A stretch of 60,440 nucleotides of DNA, counting the filler, from Dugesia japonica (lineage: Eukaryota): the NCBI GenBank assembly GCA_001938525.1. It is 5 parts of 5 records of this genome, joined end to end, with 100 filler letters (N's around TTAATTAATTAA, not from the genome) between each part and the next. Parts side by side here need not be neighbours in the genome. Positions count along the whole stretch, not along the records: positions 13,148 to 24,128 come from MQRL01593317.1; positions 24,229 to 34,617 come from MQRL01648173.1; 3 more parts are not named here. One strand, written 5' to 3'. The number at the start of each line of letters is the position of its first letter. Position 1 is the stretch's first letter. Positions 14,296 to 28,020 of this stretch are shown piece after piece. The notes beneath the pieces are model-generated. The model had not been told where the DNA came from and made no database searches. It saw only the letters and a list, made by a program, of their open reading frames with translations. The position numbers and the translations under genes are program-made.

Positions 14296-14804
14296 TTCCT
14301 TCTTAATAGCATCAATTAAATTATTTGTTCGTGCTTGAGGTTTAACAGCCTCAGTGCTTTTTCTTATTTCTTCTTGTAACTTTTTTTAGATGACAAGAGT
14401 GTTCGAACTGGCGATTCTTCTTTATTATCCTCATCCACAGTATTTTCTTTAAATTCACCATTACCAGAGGCTTCAAAATTATCTTTATTTAATGCGACTG
14501 GTTTTTCAATCAGTTTCTTTATTTGTAGTACATAAATTATTTATTTATATATATATATAATATACAAACGTTAATCATTTAAAAGAATATTTTATGAAAC
14601 TCACAATGTAATATCAGCATCTATTAATAACTTTATATATACTAAACGCCTTATTAGACATCTACTAATTACAAATATTGATTAATTAGTAACATTCTAT
14701 TGTTTATAATAATGAAGTTTCATAGATTAACACAACTGACAGTCAATTAGCACAAATTAAAAAAATTTTAAATTCAACTAATTTTAAAAGAATCTGTTAC
14801 ATTA

Positions 14805-15087
14805 CAGGTTTTTGCAGAAATATATTTAAAAACTTTCAAATTATATTAAAAAAGTTTCACAATGTATTTAAAATGTTTCAAAATATATGTAAAATTTGTT
14901 TGAATTTACATGATATGATACACTTTCAAAAAATGAATACATCGAAATAACAACCATTATTCAATGTATATATTATAAATGTATATAAATATTGGAATAT
15001 TTGATTTTCTTATATTTTGAACATTTTACATGATTATTATTTTAAATATATTTTGAAACTTTTTGAATATATTTCTGCAAAAACCTG
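14805..15087. mobile_element. MITE with TA target-site duplication
   Basis: TIR CAGGTTTTTGCAGAAATATATT... of about 40 bp, inverted at 15045-15087; TA on both sides. Confidence 0.9.
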
Positions 15088-15088
15088 T

Positions 15089-15972
15089 ATTTATTTTAAA
15101 TAAATAAATAAAATGTTTGAAATAAATTAAATTAATTTTAAATAAATTAAGTTTCAATTTAAAAAATTCAAAAATGATGATTGGATAATAAAGTAAATTT
15201 TTAATAAATAAATTACAGTTTTTTAAAAATGATCACCAATGAAAACATAGGATTTTAATTTGTTTGTTTAACAAATATTGTTGATTTTTCTTCTTTAGCA
15301 TCATAAATAAAATGTTAAATAAAGAAATAAATTTGTTAACATTTGTTTTAAAAGTAAATATAAAGTTCGTAATAAAAACATTTATCAACACAACTTATTT
15401 TTTATTCATTTAAGTTTTTTAAATAGAAATAATCAAAACAGGCCGAAATGATGACTGTAAGTGTGTTAAAAAAAGCAAGTTAAATTTTTTGTGTGATTGG
15501 TGATCATATTTTTAAAATCTTTTGTTTAATAGAAAGATTTAAAGTTTTGATGAAGAATTTAAATAACAAAAATGTATTTTAATGATAAATTAAAACTTTA
15601 CAGTAAACGGAAATTTATTTTAATTTTAAATAAATAAATAAAATTTTTTGAATTAAAATTATGTTAAATAAATTNNNNNNNNNNNNNNNNNNNNNNNNNN
15701 NNNNNNNNNNNNNNNNNNNNNNNNAAATTCAAAAATGATGATTGGATAATAAAATAAAATTTTAAATAAATAAATAAAATGTTTGAAATAAATTAAATGT
15801 TTGAAATAAATTAAATTAATTTTAAATAAATTAAGTTTCAATTTAAAAAATTCAAAAATGATGATTGGATAATAAAGTAAATTTTTAATAAATAAATTNN
15901 AGTTTTAGATTTTGAAAAATGATCACCAATGAAAACACGGGATTTTAATTTGTTTGTTTAACAAATATTGTT
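15089..15972. repeat. Duplicated AT-rich ~200-bp blocks
   Basis: AAATTCAAAAATGATGATTGGATAATAAA occurs three times; GATCACCAATGAAAACA..GGATTTTAATTTG twice. Confidence 0.7.
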
Positions 15973-16569
15973 GGTTATATTTTTGATTTTAATAAAGCGT
16001 TGTAATGAATTCGAATTTGATATTGATGATACGATGAGGGTTCCAAACTCAACTAACAATGACATTTATTATATTATATAGAAAACTTTACTATAATTGT
16101 CTAAATTTTTACATAATGACAATAAACATGAAGAATCATAATATTAATAAAAGAATTTGAATTTCAGTTTTGCAATTACAATAATAGAATAATTGTTAGA
16201 ATTAACCATTAATTTTTAAGTTTCAATAAATTAGAAAAACCTAAATCTAAATAATGTTTTTTTCAAATCTAACCTTTTTAATTTATTGAAACTTTAAAAT
16301 ACAGTTAATTAAATTTGCCTATATACATGTTGGATATATCTGAACATTATCTACAGCAACCTGTTTCGATTTATATCTTTAACAAATGCGCTATTATTGT
16401 CAATATTAAAATAAATTTAAAAATGTAAAATTTATCGTGAAAACTAATTAAATTTTAAAAAGAATCTCTTTAAGAGTTGTAATAAGATTTTTATAAAAGA
16501 TGAATTCATTGAAGAATACTGACCAATAAAAATTAGGCAAATCATATTTTTAATATAATAATGGTTCTA

Positions 16570-16814
16570 CATATACTATTTTATAGTATAAAGATATTTA
16601 TCTTTCTATTGTATTAAATGAAATGCCTGAAATTAATAGTTTTCATATTGACAATAAAAATGTCTTTGGAAGATTTTCCTACAATTTCGAACGTAATATT
16701 ATTGGGAAAGATTGAATTATGTTCCCTTTTTATTATATTAACTTATCTTAATCTTTCAAAAATATTCAAGGTCATCACATTAACTCTTGCTCCAGAGTCT
16801 ACCAACCAGTCAAA
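16570..16814 (-). pseudogene. Gypsy aspartic protease fragment
   Basis: FDWLVDSGARVNVM, homologous to LLDTGARINVM in ORF 35850-36422. Confidence 0.75.
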
Positions 16815-18698
16815 NNNNNNNNNNNNNNNNNNNNNNNNNNNNNNNNNNNNNNNNNNNNNNNNNNNNNNNNNNNNNNNNNNNNNNNNNNNNNNNNNNNNNN
16901 NNNNNNNNNNNNNNNNNNNNNNNNNNNNNNNNNNNNNNNNNNNNNNNNNNNNNNNNNNNNNNNNNNNNNNNNNNNNNNNNNNNNNNNNNNNNNNNNNNNN
17001 NNNNNNNNNNNNNNNNNNNNNNNNNNNNNNNNNNNNNNNNNNNNNNNNNNNNNNNNNNNNNNNNNNNNNNNNNNNNNNNNNNNNNNNNNNNNNNNNNNNN
17101 TTTAATTCATTAATCTTCAAAAGAAAATAGAAATATGACCAATAAAAATCTAAAAACAATTTTCATTTTGCAAAACAATATCTCTTTGTAAATAATATTT
17201 TAACCTTGTGATTTTATTTTTTGGTTTTTAATTGTTTTGGAATACTCTTGTTTTTCATCAATTTTCTCATTCCTTTCAATGATTTTCTCCACAGACTTGC
17301 TCATATCACCTTGGGAATCTGTCATTTCGCATACCTATATCATTTCTTACAAATTGAAAATAAAATTAAGCTTTTATTACTACTGGTGTCATGCATCGTT
17401 CAGGATCAGTAACGACAGATGGTAATTCTATTCCTCTACTAGGACTTTCAGTAACACTAACATTCACAACTACTAATTGGAAAATAATTGTTAATGAAAA
17501 ATGTAAATAAGAACGATTATCATAATAAATTTTATTTATTAAAAGCAAATAATGAAATGATTATAATTTTAATATAAGAATTAATACCGGATTTTTTCTG
17601 AACAGTAAACGTTATCTGATCATATGCTAATCTAATTTTATCACCAACATTTAAATTTTTAAAATTGTTAGGTTTAATTTGTTTTTCATTTATAAAGGTC
17701 TAAAAATATTTTAAAACTTATTTAATAATTATTATTTTAACTCCATTTGAGGTTTCGAGATCCTTAATTTTCAAGCTTTTATCTTTTTCATTAATTGATA
17801 AAATGCAATGTTTATAATCAACGCTATTTGACTTTACAAAAAGGTCAATTAGATAAAAAATTACAAATTAATATTACTTTTAAATGAATATCACAATCTT
17901 TTCTTCCTAAAATTATTTTACTCTTATCAAAATAATACAACTTTCCAAATCTGTCCGTTAGAAACCATTCGAAATGATTTTCTACCATGAGGTTATATGC
18001 TCAAATAATACTTGTGACAAATAAATATTTAATTTAAAAAAAAATTTGTATTTAGCATTGAAACGATGCATTAAAAGCAATTGGTAATTTTATAAGTAGA
18101 TGTATTACATTTGAATTTTTTGTTAAATAAATACTTTGAAGTGGTCATTAATATACTGAATCAATATTTTTTTAAAAATTTTAAAAAACTTTTTCCAAAT
18201 ATATAAATTGTATCAAGGTTTACTAAAATTCAATAAAATGTTTTCTGTCATACAGTATATAAAAAAATTAACTACAAAACTAGATCTTGATAATAAATTA
18301 CAGTTTAAACATGAAGTATTCAAGAATGATGTTAAAATTTAATTCATCATAAAAAGCAATCAATTATTTGATGAAAGATATAATTTTGATGATGATATTT
18401 ATTTTAAATCGCTATAATCAATGTAATTAACTCATTAGCATCCAGCGTTCTTTTTTGAGGATATGCTTTATAATTTTTCTAGTACTCTACCTAAACCTTA
18501 TTTCATTCTAATTTTAGAATAAGAATAATAAACAATAATATACCTACACTTTGCATGTATTGGTTTTATCAGACATATTTTAGTGTTTGTGTTATGCGCT
18601 TCTAAACTTTTATAAGCCATGTTCATGATTTTTGCATTATTATTCTTTAAAAAATTAAATTGGACATTAATGGGTTAATTTGATATTAATAATGTTAC

Positions 18699-20880
18699 TA
18701 GACTTGTCACCTCTCAGCATTTGACCTGGAGACTCGGGATTTTAGTGAGTTATCTCCAGACTCCGGATTTAATCATTATTTCTTCGGGTTGTGTAAGTAA
18801 AATTGAATATTTGTGTTGGTTTAGTCGAGAGATATCTATTGACAAAGACATGATGTAACCTAGATAAGTGATTGTTTGATCATCCATGTTCGTGTAAATT
18901 GATGATTAATGGTAAATTATAGTATATAGTTTTTTTACATGTGATTCAATTGATACTTATTTTATAAGCTAAAAGAAATTCTATTTCATTTATTATAGTG
19001 CGGTAACCAGTAAATTATAAATTGAAAAAATAAAGAATCTAAATAAAATAAGTTGAAGATTTTGAAGTTAAGTTTAAAACTGTATTATAAATTTATATAT
19101 AATTTATAAATACATTTCTAAAAAAATAATCAGATTTATTATAGTTTTAAAGTAATTTATTTCAGATAAATATATAAAGAAATAAATTGACTGCTTATGA
19201 CAAAAAGAAGTAAAATTAGGTACTTCAGAAACAACGAAAATATTTTCAGATTATGAATGTTCATTAAAAATGAATGGTTACGAAGAAATGAATTTTGTAA
19301 AGAAAATAAATATAATTACTGAAATGTGTCTATTGTTCAGTATAAAATTTACAATAAAATATGATGGAGAAAACGCGGTACAAAGTCATTTTAATAGACA
19401 GAAACATTTGACTGCAGTAGAATGTCTTAAATAAAACCAATTAATAACCAATTCGTCCAAAACCAAATTAAAATGATAATATAAAAATATCAATCATAGA
19501 ATTAAAATTTTTACGGATTAAAACATATTCACAGTTATTGCAGCATTGAATGTCGAATGAAAATTAATTCGTTATTACATTTAAAGTCCAGAATTAATTG
19601 TGGCAGGACGAAGGCCGAAGTAATTCTAGAAAACATACTATAANNNNNNNNNNNGGAAATAGCTCTTGACGAACTTGGAGTCAATATCGGATAAACAATT
19701 CCTTTATCTTTGACAAACTCAAAAATGTTCCTGAATGCAGTTCAATATTTCTATCTAGAATAAGGAATTAAAAATAGAATTATTGACTTTTATAAAGAAC
19801 TAGACGAAAATTCAGAAAATTATTGAACTGTAAACTTGATTTATCAAATTTAAGTTCTTATTCTGCAGATAGCGCATCTGTTAATTACAGCAAGAAAAAC
19901 TATGTATACAAGAAATTAAGTGATCTTAATCTGAAAATTTTGAAAATTAATGGTAACTGTCGCGCATTACATAATAAAGCCAAGCACCCGTGCAAGACAT
20001 TATTTCTCGATGTTGAAAATTTGATATTCAATATATATATATATATATATATATAAGTAAATAATTAGTATTTAATATTTTTAGTCAATAGAAAGTGAGT
20101 TTACTCAATTATAAATTTCAATCAGTGCTTTTCAATTATAATTATTTTTAAATAGCAGTGTTGTATTAGTTAAATAAATGATGTCTCAAAATATTAGTTT
20201 TGATTTGGAAAATGAATTACAAATTGAAGATTTAACTAACAATATATATGCAAAATTTTCTGTTAGCTCTAAAAGAATTAAGGAACAATAATATTGCTTT
20301 GATTTTTTGGAACTGGAATTTGACAACACTAGAAAACACGATGGTTGTCTCTACACAAAGCTTTGGAAAAAATTATTCATGCCTGGTCAGCAATAAAATT
20401 TTATTTTGTACATCTCGATTAAGATGATATACAAAATCATCTGTAAATGTGTAAATGAAATTGAAGATGAGATTTGAGAAGATAAAGATAGTTTTTCTTT
20501 GGTCAAATGTTTTATTCACTTTGTGTATCATTTAATGGAACTTATGAATCAGCATATTTTACAGCTTAAAAATCAATCAGGAACAAGTTCTGAATCGCAT
20601 GACATAATGTTACTTTCGAAAAACAAAATGGAAGATAGATTCGAAGACCAATTGTTAAGTAGTAAAGTGAATACAAGTTTAGATTTTTTTACTATCTATA
20701 AAAACAAAAATTTGTCACTGAAGCGAAAAAGGTGTACATCAATTTACCAATTACTTGGTAAAATTTTAGATTTTTAAAAACAGCCCATTCAAATATTTTT
20801 CGGTTAATTAATCTTAAGAACAAAAACTTCAATTACAAAATTTTTTAGATGTAGTAAAGAAAAGGTTTAGACAAATAATA
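18699..20880 (+). mobile_element. Decayed hAT transposon
   Basis: TAGACTTGTCACC terminus-like start with CTCCGG/CTCGGG repeats; fragments CGRTKAEVILEN, YSADSASVNY, GNCRALHN (CxxH) and RWLSL. Confidence 0.85.
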
Positions 20881-21110
20881 AAAATAAAATACTAGTATTA
20901 TATTTGTCTTAAATAATGGATGTCGCCATTAAAAAATTTTAAGTACGACATTGAATCCTCCAAAATTCTTAAAAATAAAAAAGGGACTACTGCAAATTTC
21001 TCAAGTAGAATAGCTGAAGATAAAAAGGATTTACCAACTGAATTATCTAAAATACTGCGTGAGAACAAAATATGATTAAAACCATTATTAGGTGTTAATA
21101 GGTTTTGTTT

Positions 21111-21121
21111 AATAATAATTT

Positions 21122-21179
<58 letters not shown>

Positions 21180-21229
21180 NNNNNNNNNNNNNNNNNNNNN
21201 NNNNNNNNNNNNNNNNNNNNNNNNNNNNN

Positions 21230-21286
<57 letters not shown>

Positions 21287-21303
21287 TAATAATATTAATA
21301 ATA
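21111..21303. repeat. (AAT)n microsatellite
   Basis: Direct inspection. Confidence 0.98.
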
Positions 21304-22105
21304 GTGTCGTTTCAATAAATCTTGTTTAATATGTCTTCGCTAATAAATATAATTGAAATAATTTAATATTTCAAATAATAATTATAATCAAAATGTTGTT
21401 CAATTTTTATTGTTTCTAAACTTTTAATTATAATTTTGTTATAACCATTAATAATTAACGGTTTTATAAAAAAGCATTTATTTTCATTTACGTTAATTTT
21501 AATTTACCTTTGATCACAATATCCTTAGCTTTGATGTAATCATAATATCCATAATATCTCGAAATAGATGCGAATTACGATCGAAAATTTGGATATATTC
21601 AAACTGTAAAGATAATCATTGAAGGAAAATATGAAAAAAGGAATAACATATTACGACTTTCAATCTAATATGTTACATAATCAAGAAGAAGTATTTGATA
21701 TTTGTGATAAAGGATTGGGGAATATCCCATTTTAACCATATTATTATTTGCAAAAAATTTGCTATAGATTGTAAGCCCATCAATACCTACCCAGTAACCT
21801 AATTATAGTAACTTTTATTGATCGACCGTATAGTGCAGAAGAAATAGAATAATCGTTTGTTTGGCCTTCTCGAAAATCACAAACGATATATCCAATTTTA
21901 TGATTATTTCGTATTGATATGCAAGCAAAATAATGAAGAAGAATTAGATGTCGATAAATTATATGATGATAGTAGGTTGTTAGTTGCACACAATGACACC
22001 TGGGAATAAAATTTATTCTATTTTATAATTAATGCACACATTATTAGCATAGAAATAGAAAATACATAATCAATACACACATTGCTACTTTACTTAATAT
22101 ATTAG

Positions 22106-22107
<2 letters not shown>

Positions 22108-22160
<53 letters not shown>
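22108..22160. repeat. (ATT)n microsatellite
   Basis: Direct inspection. Confidence 0.98.
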
Positions 22161-22494
22161 GTTGAGGTCCCACCTGAGTTGAGTGATACAAAAAGGTGGC
22201 TGGGGAAAAACAGCCCTCAGGTGAACCCTTTCAAGAATTTACCCTACCGTCCCTGGGGTAGGTTTTCAGTTTATGGCGGTTGANNNNNNNNNNNNNNNNN
22301 NNNNNNNNNNNNNNNNNNNNNNNNNNNNNNNNNCTGGGGTAGGTTTTCAGTTTATGGCGGTTGACCTTACTCTTAATGGAAGGTACACGCCGATAAACCT
22401 TTATTTCAGGTTCAATATTTTTCCCCTATTTATTATTATTTGACAGAAAGAAGTTAAGATTTTGGTGATACACACTTTATTTTATTAAACTTTA

Positions 22495-22877
22495 TTACAG
22501 TAGATCCAGTGCTCCTGGGTCCAGCCACTGATCTGGTTCTGTCAACAAAAAGTTGAAAGTGGCGACATCATCGTCGTCATCCCATTGGGTTACATTTGGG
22601 TTGCCTATTTGTCGTGACAAATCCTCAATGTATTGTTTTAAAAACTCGATTTTTCTGGTTAATAATTGTTTATTCTCGGCTTTTAGGGCCTTTACTTGGA
22701 CTGCAAGGTCGTTCTGTTTCTTTACTATAGAGTCCAGTTTCTTAATTAGTTTATCTCGTTGATTTAGGTGTCGCAACAGGGCCTGGTTTGTTTTCCGCTT
22801 CAAATGCCTTTCTACCAATAGTCGTCGCATTATCCGGTGGCATCGTCGAAGGCTTGTGGGAAAAATAATTCGTGGCA
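22495..22877 (-). CDS. Cassette C: terminal-exon-like ORF; basic region + coiled coil + acidic tail
   Basis: Open 127 codons starting at TTTTGATTTAG|TG (phase 1, no ATG at the start); TAA followed by AATAAA. Confidence 0.65.
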
Positions 22878-22994
22878 CTAAATCAAAAGTATATTAAGTC
22901 GACAATAATCTAGTTCACAAATGAAGAAGTAAATGCGAAAAGATACAAATAAAAAGATTTATTAACAGCTACACAACATAACCACGGAGGTTAC

Positions 22995-23353
22995 TCAGGG
23001 GCGCTTGGTTTGAGTACCTTTATCAATCAAGAGGGGTTGTAGAGGCANNNNNNNNNNNNNNNNNNNNNNNNNNNNNNNNNNNNNNNNNNNGCGTTCCTGG
23101 TAAGTTTTAATAATTGTGGCGAAACTGTCAACTTGGGCCTTCCACACCCTCTCCTGATTCTGGGTGGCATCCATCTCCGCTTTGAACATTAGACATTTTC
23201 GCTTATAGCGTTTTACTTTAGCTTCGGCCGTCGAGGTCTCCGCCTCCTATCGCTTCCTTGCTAGTTTGTACAGATCCCAGGTTAATTCCTTTTCGGCATT
23301 ATCTTCCCGGACTTTCTTAGTCGGGGCCAGGGAACGGTTTAATGATGAATGCA
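22995..23353 (-). pseudogene. Cassette B1: coiled-coil ORF ending IDKGTQTKRP; one internal stop
   Basis: TTTTATTTTAG|TG acceptor; gapless homology to 46104-46453; AATAAA about 35 nt after the stop. Confidence 0.75.
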
Positions 23354-23665
23354 CTAAAATAAAAGTATAGTTAAAGGATTGCACTTTGCCCGATATTATC
23401 TAAGGTGAGAAACATAGATTTAGCATGGTCACTCATATTATTGAATGAAAGTGGACAAGGAAACATCTAGTTACGAGGATTATTAATTNNNNNNNNNNNN
23501 NNNNNNNNNNNNNNNNNNNNNNNNNNNNNNNNNNNNNNTTTATGCGAAACAATTTAACAAAACAAAAAATTTTAAATGACTTCCCGGTACATAGATTCAC
23601 AGGAAGAATTAAAAATAACCGAAAATGAAAAAAACTTAATTTATTTTTAGGTAAAACAACCATAG

Positions 23666-24024
23666 CTAGGATTGATTAATAGTAGTGTCAGTATTAGGGG
23701 CCGTATTCTCAATATCCGTCACCCCATTCGGATCCCGAACTCCCCATAGAAGATTTGCGATGAACGTCCTGAATCGCAGGGGTGGGTGGAGGAGTGGTCG
23801 GTTGATGAGTGAAGGAAGTTGTATGCGTGCGAATGGACCGGTCCACGCCTGGTACCTCTGTCGTTCTCCGAAATCGTTAATACGACCCACAATAGATTCG
23901 ACCGGTGGTAGATTCGATCGGTCGATTAACACTCCGGCGTCCCGCTGATGAGGGTTGGGATACCTCCGTAGAATTAGCCGTCGGGTCCTCCTATCTACGA
24001 CGTGGATCCAAACCGATTCCATAT
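23666..24024 (-). CDS. Cassette A1: Arg-rich small protein
   Basis: TTTTGTTATTAG|AT acceptor; homologous to 45503-45891 (W-I...NP..RDAG.L.DRSNLP.VE...NLLW..RDP); AATAAA after the stop. Confidence 0.75.
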
Positions 24025-24128
24025 CTAATAACAAAATAGATTCTATTGAAGTTAAACTTTTAACGAAATTATGATATAATAGCGAACACACAAAACAAGC
24101 AGGCGTTAAACATTTTATTTCTGTAAAT

Positions 24129-24228
24129 NNNNNNNNNNNNNNNNNNNNNNNNNNNNNNNNNNNNNNNNNNNNTTAATTAATTAANNNNNNNNNNNNNNNN
24201 NNNNNNNNNNNNNNNNNNNNNNNNNNNN
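24129..24228. other. Artificial contig-joining linker
   Basis: 44 N + TTAATTAATTAA (24173-24184) + 44 N. Confidence 0.97.
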
Positions 24229-24499
24229 AATTTTCTTTGTGTCTGTGTTGCACAAATATCAAATTTGAAAGTAAATTAATTTAAAAGACAATTATTAAAA
24301 ACCATGTATTATTACTTAATACAAACAAAAAAACATCAATAAACATAACAAACATTAAGCTTTTGCCAACTTCTTCAATAAAACAAATCTTCTGTTGTTG
24401 TATTTGAAAAATCTACCAGTGGATCAATGGAATCGAGATCAACTGGAACATTATTGTAAAATTGCAACACTAATTAGACTTTGTATTAAAAATTGCGTC

Positions 24500-27400
24500 G
24501 CTAATGAGATTTATTATAGAAAATTGTTACTAAAAATATGTTTTTTATAGAAATTTGTCACTAGTAATATGTTTTCTATAGAAAAATTACATGACTAATA
24601 TGATTTTATTGAAACTTGTCACTAGTAATGTTTTTTTATAGAAACTTACCAAGTTAATGTTTTTTTGTAATAAAAAGTTCAATGTTTTTATCATCTTGTA
24701 AAGAAATGTTTTAATTTAATATCATGTAAATATCAGAAAGACTCTTGCAATATGCATTCAACACAGATGCAACACATATACACTGAAAATCACACGTCTG
24801 AGAATTTTTAATAAATTATTTTAAATTTTCCGCCAAGTAGAAATTTATAAAACTCAACATAGCCGCCATTTTTGAATTTTCGAAAATCAACATAACTGCC
24901 ATTTTGTATTTTAAAAATAAATGCAACTCAGATGCAACACACATATACTGAAAATTACGCGCCAGGGAATTTTTATTGATTTTTTTAATAAATACGTTAG
25001 GCATGCAACTCAGATGCAACCCCGATGCAACACATATACACTACAAATCGCATGCCTAGGAGTTTTGACTGCCTCATCCCTTTAAAAATATGAAATCTGC
25101 CCCATCCAATGCTAAATATAGAGACTTGTCCATGCAAAATATCAAGACTACCCAAACCATGGAAAATATCATGTAAAATATTACCTTGTAAAATTTCAAA
25201 ACTGCCCCATCTCATACATAAATATAAAGTTTGCTAAAAAAATAATTTAATTAAATAAAAATTTCTATCCGAAAAATAAATTTTTAAATTTCCCGCCAAA
25301 ATTTTTTTGAAATTTGAATTTCCCTCTTAATTTATTTGTTAATTAAAACAAAAAAAATTTGTTATTTGAACACGTATTTAATTATTTATATATTTTTTTA
25401 GTATTTTACTCAGTTATGCGCATAATTTTATTATTATCTACTACCGTGCTATCTGTCTTCTATCTGCGTTTTTTTATTTCTTTTTATTTATATACACTCT
25501 TACTCAATAATATATCTGCTATGTGTTATTTTTTTCTATCCACCCTCTGCACAGCTCTTATTTATATATAGAGTGTGCGCCAGGGCGAAAAGGGACACAC
25601 GCAAAGAAATGATTGGGTGAGTAATAGCGCAGAAGGCGTTATCGATTAGGGGGCCCAATATTAATAGCTCAGTAGTGCGTAAATAAAAATAGCGCAGAGC
25701 GCAGTTAAATAAAACGTGGTGGGATCGGTAATATATACTGTGCAATTACGCGCGTAATTGAGTAAAAATATACTTGAAAGTCATTTTTGCAACACAAAAG
25801 CTGCATTCATGCAACACACAAACATTTTTNNNNNNNNNNNNNNNNNNNNNNNNNNNNNNNNNNTTTGATAGCAAACTCAAATATACCGTCGAAACCAGAA
25901 AATTATCCCCTGTCACCCATTATGTCGCGATTTTCATTTTAAAAAGTTACATTTTTACACACACACAAGCACCGTTACATAGGAATTACTAAACCTTTTC
26001 ACCATCACCTGCCCCTCATGTTACTCTTTTAATCAAAGCAAAAATCATTCAAATCCAACAAAAAATTGCCCAAGTCTGAAAAACTCCAAAAAAATTATTC
26101 CCAAGATCTCCAGCTCCTCCTCGAGTCCAAATTTATTCTTAAACACAAATAAACTCAACTTGACCTACTTTTGAAAAGCCCTCTTAGCAACCCAAACACA
26201 CACATTTTAAATTTTAAAAATACACACACATCCTTAGGATAAAAAATAACTGATCCGATCAAAAAAACTTTGATTCCAAAAAGTTCCACAATTTTAATTA
26301 ACCAGTTTCCAAGCCTACTTTTTACAACCCCCTTAGCAACTCAAACACAAACAAATTTTAAAATTTAAAAATACACACAAACATCCCTAGTTGATATCAA
26401 AAATAACTGATCCGATCAAAATATTTATCTATTTTAATTTAATTTCAAAAATCTTTTTAATGACTTCTATATAATTTTATAAATTATTTAGTGATTTCTA
26501 TGCATTTTTATAAATATTTAGTATTTTCCATGAAATTTCATAAAATATTTAGTAAATTCTATGTAAATAATAAACATTTATTGACTTCTATGTAATTTCA
26601 TAACATATTTAGTTGCTTCTTTGTAATTTCATAAATTAATAAATGACTTCTAAGCAATTTGATAAAATATATAGTGACTTTCATGTAATTTCATAAACTA
26701 TTTAGTGATTTCTATGTAATTTCACAAAATATTTAGTTGCTTCTATGTAATTTAAAAAATTATTAAATTACTTCTTTTTAATTTCATAAAATATTTAGTA
26801 ACTTCTATGTAAATAATTAAAATATTTAGTGACTTCTATGTAGTTTCATAACATATTTAGCTGCTTCTATGAAATTTCAGAAAATTAATAAATGATTTCA
26901 ATGTAAAATGATAAAATATATTGTGATGTCTATGTAATTTCATAAAATATTTAGTGACTTCTATGTAATTTCATAAACTATTTAGTGCCGTCTATGTAAT
27001 TTCATAAAATATTTAGTTGCTTCTATGTAATTTCATAAATAATTAAATTATATCTATGTAATTTCATAAAATATTTAGTGATTTCTTTTTTAATTTAATA
27101 AATTTTTTAGTATTTTCTATGCAATTTGATAAATTATTAATGATAATATTAATATTGCCTGGCGCGATTATTATTAATATTAATATTGCCCAGTGCAACT
27201 AATATAGAGATTAATATTGGCCGCACGACTAATATTTATATTAATTTTGCTCGGCACGACTAATATTTATATTAGTTTTGCCTGGCACGACAAATCTTAA
27301 TATTAGTATTGCCCGATGCAACTAATATTGTTTTTAGTATTGACGGAGCAACTAACCTTAATATTCCTGGGGAGAAATTTAACTTTATCAATAGTTACTT

Positions 27401-27896
27401 TTCTTTAATTTAAACAAAAATATTTAATTTTGTTTAATTTACTTTATAAATCTTGAATTATGCTTAATTTAAATAAAACATCATTAATTATTTTTAATAT
27501 AAACAAAAAGAATTAATTTCATTTAATTCAAACAAAAAATAAATAATTTAACCTCATTTAAACAAGAAATCATAAATATCTATCAATTCAAACAACAAAT
27601 TTAATTCCATGGATATGACTCATCAAAAATTAAATAATAAAAACAACAAATAAATAAATAATAATAATATAATAGTGAACAAAAAAATGAACTAGACACA
27701 CACAAAAAATACGAACAAAAGTTACATAAACAAATTGTTCCTGCTAAATACACGTAAAATTCATTCACCACTATTACGTAATAATATGCGCTCATACTAT
27801 CGTTCTACTAAAGACACGGAAATATTTAACACCACTAAAAATTTTCTATCCCGGGGGGCTAGTGATGCCGTGCGCCACTATCTACCTACTGCTACT
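24500..27896. mobile_element. Polinton/Maverick terminal region: successive tandem-repeat blocks ending in an AGTAG-type terminus
   Basis: ~30-bp arrays at 24510-24660, 26450-27130 (TAGTGACTTCTATGTAATTTCATAAAATATT), 27140-27370 and 27400-27600; ATGCAACTCAGATGCAAC repeats; ~165-bp duplication at 26150-26420; ends GTGCGCCACTATCTACCTACT at 27890. Confidence 0.65.
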
Positions 27897-28020
27897 TCCC
27901 ACTGTTTATTCATATAATTCGAATTTTGAAGCTCAACAATGAATTTACTAGCATTATTATTCGGATGAATAAGAGTACAGCTATTACTAGGTAAAAGTGT
28001 ATAGAAATTATTCGATGTCA

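Noticed and set aside
17200-18650. Possible decayed coding fragments (also 21540-22000 and 34100-34600)
   Set aside because: No motif I can recognise and many stops, so left unannotated
22254-22363. 30-bp direct repeat flanking an N gap
   Set aside because: Identical sequence on both sides of a gap indicates an unmerged assembly overlap
26450-27370. CRISPR-like ~30-bp repeats
   Set aside because: Head-to-tail degenerate units with no unique spacers and no cas genes, in a eukaryotic context
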